Origin: a virus | Taxonomy: Duplodnaviria; Caudoviricetes | Virus record (IMG/VR): IMGVR_UViG_2508501111_000003 | Location: 14,762-78,761 of that record | Length of the DNA stretch: 64,000 nt | Strand: one strand, 5' to 3' | Shown here: piece after piece, positions 29,568 through 38,845 of the stretch | How the letters are laid out: each line of letters opens with the position of its first letter | Position numbering within the stretch: position 1 is the stretch's first letter | Position numbers and translations under genes: made by a program | Notes under the pieces: generated by a model | The model's input: the letters and a program-made list of their open reading frames with translations, nothing else | What the model was told of the DNA's origin: nothing | The model's database searches: none

Positions 29568-30944
29568 CTACAGTGGAATAATCGCGCCGTTGAGGCGTGA
29601 TGCTTGGACGGTCATGGTGCGAGCACTGGCGGCATTTTCGGTGGTGGCACTCCAGGCATTGCCATTGACCGCAAACAAATTGACATCCAGCTGGAGATCC
29701 TTCGTCAATGCCAAGGGATTGCTATCGGTGGGCACGGCTTGGGTCACGCCTGCGCTGGTGTAGGTCAAACTGGCATCGGGATTGCTCAGATAGCGGGCAT
29801 CGACGGTGATCGTGGTGGTCGTGCTCGGGAGCGGCAGCGATGCGAACGGAATCACACTCCAGCCGCCTGCATCGGCGGCAATCGTCAGGATGGCGTTGAT
29901 GTAGATCGCTCCAGCGTTGGTCAGATTGGTCAGCTTGAGTTGATGACCCGTGATTAAGTAGGGTGCGCTGGTTTGGCCAAGCGGGACAATGATCGGCGTG
30001 GCACTATCGACGAGGGTCGCACGGCCTTCGATCAACGCGCCATTGCTCCGCACGACAGGCGTAATGAGGAATGGTGCGGTGGTTTTGAGCATCGCCCATT
30101 GAATCACCGAGCGGCTATTGAGCGGCCCAATATCCGTCAAGACCCCGTTCGGTGAATAGGATGGCGTGACGCTGGGAAAGTTGTAGAAACAGACCAGATT
30201 ATCAGTGGCATAGACTCCTGATGCCTGAATTTGGCGTGACCAGCCAAAGACACTGGGACTGGGCGCAAACAACCACGCCGCCGATTTGACCATTTTGCCA
30301 CGTGGCGCGACGGCAATCAATCCACTAATGGTTGCGCCGTTGGTCGCTGCGGCCACGTTCAGGGTGAGGTTGGTGGGGCTTTCCAGCGGGGCTGCGCTGC
30401 CGCTGAAATTCGGCTGATGAATAGTGGCAATATTGGCACTGGCGCTGGTGCTGCTGCTCACACTACTGGCGGCGCAACGCAGCGGACGACAGAGAAAGGT
30501 GACAGGCACATTCAGAATCCACCAAACATCATTGTCTTGGATCAAGGTGGGCGATGTGCCAACCATGGGCGTATCGCCTGCGCGGCCCATCACCAGCATA
30601 TCGCTATGGACGGTGGTATCACTGGGCTTGGTACGCCACACGACTGCGCTACTATAGCCTTCTTCATAGAAACGCTCAGCATCATCGAGCAAGACCATCA
30701 GCGCGTGATAGGCGGCCCACGCCTGATCTTCATTGGTTCCGCCGAAGATGTTCACGGCAAACGATTGCACGCTCGGCTGAAACTGTTCGCCATTGGAGAT
30801 CAGACGGCGGTCACGCTGCGGCACTTGCGGCTGCCATGAGCCATCGACGAGCCAATAACAGGTGGTTCCTTCGGTTGGGTTTACGCCAGCAGGCATGAAA
30901 TCAATCACGACGCTGCCATTGCGCAAGAGTTGCATGGTTGTCAT
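29568..30944 (-). CDS. Phage tail protein (distal-tail position), unit B
   Basis: AGGAGG RBS at 30944, follows TMP. Confidence 0.8.
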   Translation of the reverse strand: MTTMQLLRNGSVVIDFMPAGVNPTEGTTCYWLVDGSWQPQVPQRDRRLISNGEQFQPSVQSFAVNIFGGTNEDQAWAAYHALMVLLDDAERFYEEGYSSAVVWRTKPSDTTVHSDMLVMGRAGDTPMVGTSPTLIQDNDVWWILNVPVTFLCRPLRCAASSVSSSTSASANIATIHQPNFSGSAAPLESPTNLTLNVAAATNGATISGLIAVAPRGKMVKSAAWLFAPSPSVFGWSRQIQASGVYATDNLVCFYNFPSVTPSYSPNGVLTDIGPLNSRSVIQWAMLKTTAPFLITPVVRSNGALIEGRATLVDSATPIIVPLGQTSAPYLITGHQLKLTNLTNAGAIYINAILTIAADAGGWSVIPFASLPLPSTTTTITVDARYLSNPDASLTYTSAGVTQAVPTDSNPLALTKDLQLDVNLFAVNGNAWSATTENAASARTMTVQASRLNGAIIPL

Positions 30945-31028
30945 AAATCCGCCCTCCTTTGGGCGGGGGTTTGGTTGGGTTAATGGTCGTGTGTGCAGGG
31001 TTGTTTCAGCCCTGCACACGGTCAATCG

Positions 31029-34000
31029 TTATTTGCCATATGGATTGGTTTTGAGCAGGATATTGGCGCTACCCAAAATATCTTTCATCTTCTTGTTCCA
31101 GACTTCTTCAACGGCGGCTTTGATGGCTGCCGGATTGGTGGCCTGTCGCGCATCGATGGTGATCTGATTGATGATCGACGGCGCAGATGGTTGATTCGTT
31201 GGCAACGCATTGGACAGCGTGCCCACCATGCCGCCTTGCGGGACGACCATCCGCGCAGCCATGCCCTTGGTTTCTTCGGCGGTGAACACCTCCGCGCCGC
31301 GTGGAATATTGCTAATACCTGGTGGCAGCAGGGCAAAGTCACCACCCCGCGTGCGCATGGCTTCGATGCCTTTCCACGGCTCGGACGCAAAGGCCAAACC
31401 GCCCGCCCAGTTTTTCACGCCGTCTGCTAAGTAGGGAATCAGTGGAATACCACCGAAGCCCAAGGCGGAGCCAACGGTATTCGCGCCTTCAATGAGTTTG
31501 TTGACGGCGGTGATCATCAGGTTGAGTGGGGATTTAATGCCACTGAGGATGCCGCGAAAGGCTTCTACAATCCCGTTGGTAATTTCATCCCACACCGCAG
31601 CACTGGCATCCTTAATCCATTGCCATGCCACCGCAACCCCGTTTTTGAATTGCTCCAAAAAGCCATCAAGGTTGTCGAGCACACCGCCAAACATCGTGCG
31701 GAAGTAGTCGCTGATGCCATCCCACGCGGTGCTGATGCCCGTGCCAATGAGATCCCACGCCACCACCAAGAGGTTCCAGACGACCTCCAGTGCTCCCTTC
31801 ACGATGTCGATGATGCCATTCCAGAGTCCAGCAAAGACATCCTTGATTGCCGTCCATGCGCCTGACCAATCGCCCTGAATCACGGCGCTGACGGTTTTGA
31901 TCACGCCTTGAATCACGCTCATGGCGGCTTCAACGATGCCCTTGATGATGCTCCATGCGCCACTGAGCAGGCCCGTGATCTGGTCTTTGTGGTCGCTGAG
32001 GAAGGTGGCGATGCCGTGGAAGAATGGAATGATCGCACCATTGATCACATCCAGTGCGCCATCAATGACGACCTGAATGGTTTCCCACGCCATCGTCAGC
32101 ACGCCTTTGATTTCTTCGCCGTGCTGCTCGAGGAAGGTTCGGATTGCGCCGAGTGCCGTTTGAATCACCGTGCCAACCGCGCCCAGCACCGTGCTGACAA
32201 TGCCCTCAATCCGGCCCCACGCATTGCGGAGGAACGTCACGATCTGCTCGCCGTTCTCGCGGAACCAGCTGGTGATGATGCCCCACGCGGTTTGTACCAT
32301 GGACTGAATCGATGTAAAGACCTCGGTCGTGATGGTGCGAATAGTGGCGAAATTGGTTTGCCACGCCAATCCCAGCGCTGCGGCTCCAGCTACCAGCAAG
32401 CCCATCGGTGAAACGAGTGCGGCTACCGCTCCCGCCAAACCGGAGAACAGGGACACCAGTCCCATACCCGTGAAGAGTGCCGCAATGCCCATGAATGCGC
32501 CTTTAACCGATTCAATAAACGGGGCGGCTTGGCTGAAGGCGTTGCGAATCCGGTCGATCAAGGACGGTACAGGCGCAGTGGCAGTCGCCATTTCGACTTG
32601 GCGATCCTTCAAATCAGCATAGCGATCGGCGGCTGCCTCGGCTCCGGTGGCTGCATCCTGCATGGATTGATTGGTTTCGTCCGCCCCATCCTTGACCTTG
32701 GTGAATGGTGGAACGAGCGCACCCACGCCTTTGGCTGCTCCCTTGGCGGCTCCGCCTACACCCTTCATCTTCTCGGCTGACGCTTCCAGCTCTTTTTGTT
32801 GCTGGGCTTCGAGCTGCAAAATCTGGGTTTTGATGCGCCAGTATTCGGATTGATCGGCGTTGGTATTGGCCAATTCACCTTGTAGGATTGCTAGTTTGCC
32901 AGCGGTGTCAGCGGTGGCATACTGATAATCCCGCTCGGCTTTGGCCGCTTCGTCCTGTTTGCGTTTGACTTCCTCCAGCTCGCGCTGGCGTTGTTTCTCG
33001 GCTTTGTTAATCTCCTGCTGAATGTCGTTGTATTCGGCGCTGCCCTCGGCATATTGACCCTGTTCTTGGCGCAAGCGAGCTAACTGATCCTCAGTGGACA
33101 TGAGGCTTAACTCATAGTCGCGTTGCTCCTTGGCCAGTTTATTGAGTTCCGCCTGACGTTTCTGCTCTTCCTGATTAATCTGCCCTTGCAGTCGCCAATA
33201 CTCGGCATCGGTCGTAGCATAGGCGGCTTGCTTGTCCTTGAGCATCTGCAAGCGATCGACAGTTCCGGCAATACTGAATGTGTATTCCCACTGCGCACGG
33301 GCCGCCGCTTCAGCGTTCTTGGCGGCATCGTCCATCGGGGATTTGCCACCGCCACCTCCGCCACCACTCGCTTTGGGCTTTTTGGTTTCTTGCTCGGCAG
33401 CTTTAGCCTGCTCCTCGCGAATCTTTTGGCGCAGCTTCAGCGCGGCCAATTCGAGCTTGGCCTGTTCGCGGTCGCTGTCTTTACCACCCGTGCTGTTGAT
33501 CAGCGCCAAGAGCTGCTGTTCTTGGGCTGCTTCCTTGACCCGCTGCTGCGCATCTTCAATGGATTTCAGTTCGGTTTCGAGATAGGCCAGCAAGCCATCG
33601 GTGGGCAGCCGCGCATCATTCCAGCCATCCATCCAGACTTGGGCGGTATCGCGACCCCATGTGTCGATGTTGGGTAATAACTTTGGTGGGGAGTGCGGTT
33701 CAAGCCAGTAGGTGATAAGGTCGCCAATGTATCCCAAGCTATCGACGACCGCACCAGCACCACCCATAATCCCGTTGGCTAACTGGGTGGCAATGTTGCT
33801 GCCCCATTGCACGGCGCTTGATGCGAGGTCAATGAACAGACCAAAGGCTTCGCTCGCGGTGCTGGCAAAGTCAAGGAAATACGGGCCAACCATCTGAACC
33901 GCTGCGCCAATCCGCTCAAACGCTCCCACGACCACGGCGCTGATGCGGGGCATGGCTTCGGCCAACCAATCGGCAAAGGCTTGCACGGTGGGGGCTAACG

Positions 34001-35072
34001 CATTGCCAATATTCGTTTGCAGCACGGCAAACTGGGCACGAATCCCGTCAAAGGCTCGCGCTAACCCCTGATCCATTTGGGTGTAGGCGGCCTCGGTGGC
34101 TCCGGCGCTGTTCTGCATCGCATCGAGCGCCCCCGTAAACATCTCGGTGCCACGGCCTGTCAGGGTCAGTGCTGCACTACCCGCTTCAACACTACTAAAT
34201 AAGTCATTGATGCCCACGCCGCTGGCATTGGCGTGCTGCTCCAGCAGTTGCAGCGCTTGTTGAACATTGCCACCACTTTCAATAAAGCTCTTGAACGACG
34301 TGCCCGATAACTGTTGGAAGAGGTCAGAAACCTCGCCACCGGATTGCGATAACTCCACAAACAACTGGCGCAACATCGTGGTGGTTTGGGCCGTGGGCAC
34401 ACCTTGGGAAGTCATGGCGGCGATGGCTGCCGACACGTCGCTGAAGGATACGCCCAAGCTGGCGGCAATCGGGTTGACGTTGTAGAGCGTGCTCGCCAGT
34501 TCGGCAAAGGTGGTTTTGCCATAGGCCACGGCGGTGAACATCTGATCACTCGCGTCCTGCACGCTCAGCACGTCCGCGCCGTAGGCATTGACCACGCTGG
34601 TCAAACCGTCCACGGTGGTTTGGGTATCCGTTACGCCGCCGATAGCCGCTTTCTGTGCGGTTTCAAGGAAGGAAAATACATTGTCTTTGGGCACGCCGGA
34701 CGAGAGGGCTTCATAGAGCGCGGGGATCACCTTTTCAGGCAGCGCTCCAAACTCCACCGCAAAGTCTTTGACCTGCTCACCCATCTGCTGCATGGCCTGT
34801 TGGGAGATACCAGGCAAGAGAGTGAACACGCTGTTCATCTGCTCTTGGAAGCCCGCAAACGCGTTGACCCCCGTGACCGCCAGTCCTGCCAAGGCTGCGC
34901 CTGCGGCAGCCACCGCGCCTGCAATGGCGGTGGTCAGTGCGGTACTCAGACTTTCGGCTAAGGATTGCGCGAAGCCTTTGGCTTTGGTTTCGGCGTTGCT
35001 GATCGAACGATCAAGCTCGGCATCATCCGCGCCGATTTTAATAATGGCTCGCCCTAATTCTTCATCGGCCAT
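31029..35072 (-). CDS. Phage tail tape measure protein (TP901-like core)
   Basis: 1347 aa; YEALSSG, SDQMFTAVAYGKTTF, SAAIAAMT core; W/F helical repeats. Confidence 0.95.
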   Translation of the reverse strand: MADEELGRAIIKIGADDAELDRSISNAETKAKGFAQSLAESLSTALTTAIAGAVAAAGAALAGLAVTGVNAFAGFQEQMNSVFTLLPGISQQAMQQMGEQVKDFAVEFGALPEKVIPALYEALSSGVPKDNVFSFLETAQKAAIGGVTDTQTTVDGLTSVVNAYGADVLSVQDASDQMFTAVAYGKTTFAELASTLYNVNPIAASLGVSFSDVSAAIAAMTSQGVPTAQTTTMLRQLFVELSQSGGEVSDLFQQLSGTSFKSFIESGGNVQQALQLLEQHANASGVGINDLFSSVEAGSAALTLTGRGTEMFTGALDAMQNSAGATEAAYTQMDQGLARAFDGIRAQFAVLQTNIGNALAPTVQAFADWLAEAMPRISAVVVGAFERIGAAVQMVGPYFLDFASTASEAFGLFIDLASSAVQWGSNIATQLANGIMGGAGAVVDSLGYIGDLITYWLEPHSPPKLLPNIDTWGRDTAQVWMDGWNDARLPTDGLLAYLETELKSIEDAQQRVKEAAQEQQLLALINSTGGKDSDREQAKLELAALKLRQKIREEQAKAAEQETKKPKASGGGGGGGKSPMDDAAKNAEAAARAQWEYTFSIAGTVDRLQMLKDKQAAYATTDAEYWRLQGQINQEEQKRQAELNKLAKEQRDYELSLMSTEDQLARLRQEQGQYAEGSAEYNDIQQEINKAEKQRQRELEEVKRKQDEAAKAERDYQYATADTAGKLAILQGELANTNADQSEYWRIKTQILQLEAQQQKELEASAEKMKGVGGAAKGAAKGVGALVPPFTKVKDGADETNQSMQDAATGAEAAADRYADLKDRQVEMATATAPVPSLIDRIRNAFSQAAPFIESVKGAFMGIAALFTGMGLVSLFSGLAGAVAALVSPMGLLVAGAAALGLAWQTNFATIRTITTEVFTSIQSMVQTAWGIITSWFRENGEQIVTFLRNAWGRIEGIVSTVLGAVGTVIQTALGAIRTFLEQHGEEIKGVLTMAWETIQVVIDGALDVINGAIIPFFHGIATFLSDHKDQITGLLSGAWSIIKGIVEAAMSVIQGVIKTVSAVIQGDWSGAWTAIKDVFAGLWNGIIDIVKGALEVVWNLLVVAWDLIGTGISTAWDGISDYFRTMFGGVLDNLDGFLEQFKNGVAVAWQWIKDASAAVWDEITNGIVEAFRGILSGIKSPLNLMITAVNKLIEGANTVGSALGFGGIPLIPYLADGVKNWAGGLAFASEPWKGIEAMRTRGGDFALLPPGISNIPRGAEVFTAEETKGMAARMVVPQGGMVGTLSNALPTNQPSAPSIINQITIDARQATNPAAIKAAVEEVWNKKMKDILGSANILLKTNPYGK

Positions 35073-35218
35073 GGCCGCCACCTCTGCTGATGGAATAGAA
35101 CGCCCACGCGCCCATCCCACGATTGCGATTGTCGAATCGTGAAAAGCGGGCGCGTGGGCAATCCATCGCGGCGGCTTTGTTTCCTATGAAGCGGCGCAGC
35201 GGCGCGGGTTACATAGGA

Positions 35219-35341
35219 CTAGTCTTTTGTTTTGGGTTGCGCTTTGCGACGACCAGGCTTGATTTTGTAGGTGTCGATCGCTTTGGCAATGGCTATCAAC
35301 GCGCGATGGATGGCGATCCACATCGTGGTATCTGCATCCAT
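35219..35341 (-). CDS. 40-aa basic small protein
   Basis: GGAG RBS; MDADTTMWIAIHRALIAIAKAIDTYKIKPGRRKAQPKTKD. Confidence 0.5.
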   Translation of the reverse strand: MDADTTMWIAIHRALIAIAKAIDTYKIKPGRRKAQPKTKD

Positions 35342-35357
35342 AGGGGTCTCCAATGAG

Positions 35358-35729
35358 TTATGGCCGGACCGATCGGGCTTTCATATTGGCGATAAGCTGG
35401 GATGCGCTGACGTAGGTCACCTCGGATCGGGTGCTGGCTGGTTGGGTAGTTGAGCCTTGCTTTTGCTTTCGCTTGCTTTTACCCTTTCCCTTGGTATCAT
35501 CGCCAAACAACATCGTACCCACCTTAGTGGCAATCAGCATGGCCTGCTGCTCGCGTTCGTTGTGCATGCGGCGCAGGTAGGATGGCAGCAGCTCCAGCAC
35601 GGTTTCTTCATACAGCTCGTGGGGTGGAATGCTATACACGGCATACATCACTTCTACCACATCATCAGTATGGCTGGCTTCCGTTAGCCAATGCTTGAAA
35701 AACCCGCTGCCAAGACTTGTAACTTTTTT
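35358..35729 (-). CDS. Tail assembly chaperone -1 frameshift extension (gpT-like)
   Basis: Open in the -1 frame relative to 35684-36085 from the slippery sites onward. Confidence 0.75.
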   Translation of the reverse strand, partial: KKVTSLGSGFFKHWLTEASHTDDVVEVMYAVYSIPPHELYEETVLELLPSYLRRMHNEREQQAMLIATKVGTMLFGDDTKGKGKSKRKQKQGSTTQPASTRSEVTYVSASQLIANMKARSVRP

Positions 35730-36085
35730 ATCGGGACAGCCGCATTGGCAATGCACAGGAAGGCATCAATGATTTCGTCATCAAGAATTTCTTGATCAAG
35801 CTCGTGTGAAAGCGTGCCACTGGCATAGGCAATAATGAGCTTGAATGCTTCTTCGAGCAGGCCATCAATGGACTCAAGCATGGCAACAATATAGGCCGTC
35901 AAGGCTTCGCCAGATTGCGTGCCAGCTTCATTGGTTGCGGGCGGTTTACTCATCTGATCGACTTGTGGCATCACCTTTTTGGCGACATCAATCAACTTCT
36001 TTTTGAAGTCTTGATTTTGACGAAACGGCAGCTTACGAATTTCTTTGACCTCGCCGCCGATGGTCAGGGAAAGCATGACAGCCAT
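35684..36085 (-). CDS. Tail assembly chaperone (gpG-like)
   Basis: Between major tail and TMP; in-frame A_AAA_AAG and G_GGT_TTT heptamers near the 3' end. Confidence 0.8.
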   Translation of the reverse strand: MAVMLSLTIGGEVKEIRKLPFRQNQDFKKKLIDVAKKVMPQVDQMSKPPATNEAGTQSGEALTAYIVAMLESIDGLLEEAFKLIIAYASGTLSHELDQEILDDEIIDAFLCIANAAVPIKKLQVLAAGFSSIG

Positions 36086-36142
36086 GGGTGTGTATCCTTT
36101 GCAAATGTTAATCAAACCAAACCTTCTCGCGCTCTCAACCCC

Positions 36143-36739
36143 TTAGGACGCGGCCTCAACCACGCGGACTAATTGAAATAACCGCTCGCCCTTGGTGCGC
36201 GATAAGTCTTCCAAGGCGGACAGCTTCAGCGGGAGACCCGTCCAATCTTCTTTGCTAAATTCCAACTCGCCGCCTTCTTCCGCTGTGGCTTTCCAAATAA
36301 AGCCGCGCACCGGAAAGACATTGCCCTCCTCGTCCTCTTGTTCGGCTTCAAAGCCCCACATGCGGATGGGTAACTGGGCCGCGCCACCAATTTTGAAGGT
36401 TTCTTTGCCGACTTGGCCCACGCCCGAGGCCACCACGGTATTGGTTCCACCCCATGTACTGGGCAATCCGGCGAAATCGAGCTGGGCCATGGTCGTTTCG
36501 GCGGTTAATTCTTCGCTGACCTTTTTGCGCTTGACTGCGCCCAAGGCTTCTTGGATTTCGGGTGCTTTGGTTTCGTAGCTATAGGCCACCACCAGTGGGG
36601 CACTGGTCAAGCCGTACTGTACCCAACCTACGGGCCACGCGGCCCCAACGGCCAGGCTATCAGCAGGCAGGGTTGTGCCCACAGGCGCATAGAACAACGT
36701 GGCATTACTCATCGTTACAGCAGCAACATCGGTTGGCAT
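36143..36739 (-). CDS. Major tail (tube) protein
   Basis: 198 aa, beta-rich, canonical position. Confidence 0.8.
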   Translation of the reverse strand: MPTDVAAVTMSNATLFYAPVGTTLPADSLAVGAAWPVGWVQYGLTSAPLVVAYSYETKAPEIQEALGAVKRKKVSEELTAETTMAQLDFAGLPSTWGGTNTVVASGVGQVGKETFKIGGAAQLPIRMWGFEAEQEDEEGNVFPVRGFIWKATAEEGGELEFSKEDWTGLPLKLSALEDLSRTKGERLFQLVRVVEAAS

Positions 36740-36781
36740 TCCAACCTCCTTTGTAGTGAAATCGGTCGAAATCGATTTGAT

Positions 36782-37168
36782 CTAATAATTCTTGATATGG
36801 GCCGTCCAGCCCGACAAGGCGAACAGCCACAAGGTTGTTTGGGTGCGGAGCAGGCGCGGCATGGCGCTGCTATCGGGTCGTAGCCGCGTCACGCCATTGC
36901 CGCGATCCATCCACGCATCACAGCAGGTGCGCCACAGGTCGATGCACACCCCTTCGTCCGTGCCATACAGCTGCACATACAGTGATGGACTGAGGATTGT
37001 GCGGGTGTAATCAAAGCCACCACCGCGAATCACACACAGAATCGCGGGGCCAGTATCCGGCGTATAGCCCTGCGGCAAATCCGGCCCCACCCACACCCGA
37101 TTGCTTACCAGTGCGGTCACGGCAGGTGTGCTCATGGCGGTGATGATGGCAGCAATCAGGTCAACCAT
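36782..37168 (-). CDS. Tail terminator/completion protein
   Basis: Position and size; RVWVGPDLP pattern. Confidence 0.7.
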   Translation of the reverse strand: MVDLIAAIITAMSTPAVTALVSNRVWVGPDLPQGYTPDTGPAILCVIRGGGFDYTRTILSPSLYVQLYGTDEGVCIDLWRTCCDAWMDRGNGVTRLRPDSSAMPRLLRTQTTLWLFALSGWTAHIKNY

Positions 37169-37593
37169 TACAAGCCTCGCTTGCGGCGCACGACCTGCAC
37201 GATGCTGCCAAAATCGGCCTTGACCTGATCGAGCGCGGGAAACAAAAAGGGTGCTCGCAGTTCGATGTAGATCGCATAGGTGGCTGCGCAGCCGACCGCG
37301 CTGGTGTTGTCGCCCATGGCAGGCAATCCAGCGGATGTACGCTGCACCACATCGCCGTGCTTATCTGGCAGATCGGTCGTGGCCGCATCGACCCCTTGCC
37401 CATCGACCAATACGGCATGGATGCTATTCAAGGCAAAGCCGGTATCAATGCTGTTATTGGCCACCATATTTTGTTTGGCATGCCCTTCACCTGCCAGCGC
37501 CGCCTCGTTCAGCAGGTCGCGGGTTGCGCCATCAATGCGCACGCGAAAGCGCTTGGCAAAGGATTGGTACTGGGCTACGCCTTTCTTCGCCAT
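37168..37593 (-). CDS. HK97 gp10-like tail completion protein
   Basis: IDTGxxxNSI, YAIYIE and PFLFPA motifs. Confidence 0.8.
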   Translation of the reverse strand: MAKKGVAQYQSFAKRFRVRIDGATRDLLNEAALAGEGHAKQNMVANNSIDTGFALNSIHAVLVDGQGVDAATTDLPDKHGDVVQRTSAGLPAMGDNTSAVGCAATYAIYIELRAPFLFPALDQVKADFGSIVQVVRRKRGL

Positions 37594-37596
37594 GAC

Positions 37597-38007
37597 TTAG
37601 ACCTCCTCGCGGGTGACGGTGGCCAGCTCCACTACGATGGCCGTGCCAACGGTAGATGGATCGCCCACTATGTCGAATGCCAATGGACTGGTCAGTGCCT
37701 GCCCATTGCGGTGGGTGATGCGCACGCGCCATGACGCACGAATCACGGTTCCAGTAGGCAGGCGCAGGGTTGGCTTGGTGATCACGACCGCCGTGCTGTC
37801 TAAAACTTCCTCGCTGGCAACGCCGTTGGCCGTGCTGGGATTGAACCCACAGACCGCCGACCCTGCATCGGTATAGGTGATCACGGGTTTGTTGTTGCGG
37901 CCTGCGCTAGTCTGTGGCTCCATGAGCACACAGTGGTCGCGCATCGCGTCCGTGTGCGTGGCCTGCATCACCGTGAATTCGTTGGGTCGCATCGGCAACA
38001 TCGGCAT
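37597..38007 (-). CDS. Head-tail adaptor/stopper
   Basis: Position and size. Confidence 0.65.
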   Translation of the reverse strand: MPMLPMRPNEFTVMQATHTDAMRDHCVLMEPQTSAGRNNKPVITYTDAGSAVCGFNPSTANGVASEEVLDSTAVVITKPTLRLPTGTVIRASWRVRITHRNGQALTSPLAFDIVGDPSTVGTAIVVELATVTREEV

Positions 38008-38010
38008 CTC

Positions 38011-38403
38011 CTACCAGCGACTAAAGGTGTCGAGCGTACCACTCATGGGCGCTTCTTCGATCACCACGGGTTGATTGGTCACAAACTCGGCTTCGAGCTG
38101 CTTAACCATGCGCACCGCATGGTCGTGCATATCCTTGCGGTTGAATGTGCCGCCATCGGCTTCGAAGTTGATCGCGGTCACGGTCGCATTGGCCACGCTG
38201 CGCCACACTTCAATGATGGCCACGGTTTCCAGGAGCGGATCATTGGTTGACGCTTCCGTGGTGGCGAGATTGAGTCGTCGTAAGGTTCTTCGTAAGGCGG
38301 CGTTGTAGCCTGCGTTACTCACATCCGTCCAGCCAAGGACGGTCGCGGTTTCCAGCAGTTCTTCCAGCATCACTGCTTTGATCGTGGCATCGGTGTGTGC
38401 CAT
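38011..38403 (-). CDS. Head-tail connector
   Basis: Position, helical, 130 aa. Confidence 0.6.
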   Translation of the reverse strand: MAHTDATIKAVMLEELLETATVLGWTDVSNAGYNAALRRTLRRLNLATTEASTNDPLLETVAIIEVWRSVANATVTAINFEADGGTFNRKDMHDHAVRMVKQLEAEFVTNQPVVIEEAPMSGTLDTFSRW

Positions 38404-38405
38404 GC

Positions 38406-38795
38406 TTAGGCCGCCTTGTACTCACGCAATTTCTTGATCGTCGCTTCGCCAATGCCATCGATGGCGCTCAACGTGGCATCATCGGCGGCCATGGCATCGC
38501 CATAGGTGGTATACCCCGCTGCGGCCAAGGTCGCTGCTGCCTTGCTTCCCACAATCGACTCTAGCGTTGGCTCGGCGGGTGGTTCGCCATTGGGCGTGCC
38601 TGCGTCGCCATCGTTGGATGGGGTGGGTGGTTGGACTGGCTCGGCGGCCACAGGCTCAATCGGCTGTGCGTCGGTGGTCGCTCCACGGGCAATCAACACA
38701 TTGGCAATCGATTCGTCGAGCGCGTGAACACCCGGTAGATAGGTGGTTCCTAAATACATCCATGAATCGGTTAATGTGACTTGCACTTTTGGCAT
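38406..38795 (-). CDS. Helix-hairpin-helix domain protein
   Basis: AGGAG RBS; LSAIDGIGEATIKKL HhH motif. Confidence 0.8.
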   Translation of the reverse strand: MPKVQVTLTDSWMYLGTTYLPGVHALDESIANVLIARGATTDAQPIEPVAAEPVQPPTPSNDGDAGTPNGEPPAEPTLESIVGSKAAATLAAAGYTTYGDAMAADDATLSAIDGIGEATIKKLREYKAA

Positions 38796-38845
38796 GAAAA
38801 CACTCCTTTGAATCAATTGAATGATTGCAACCTTCTCCTTACCCC

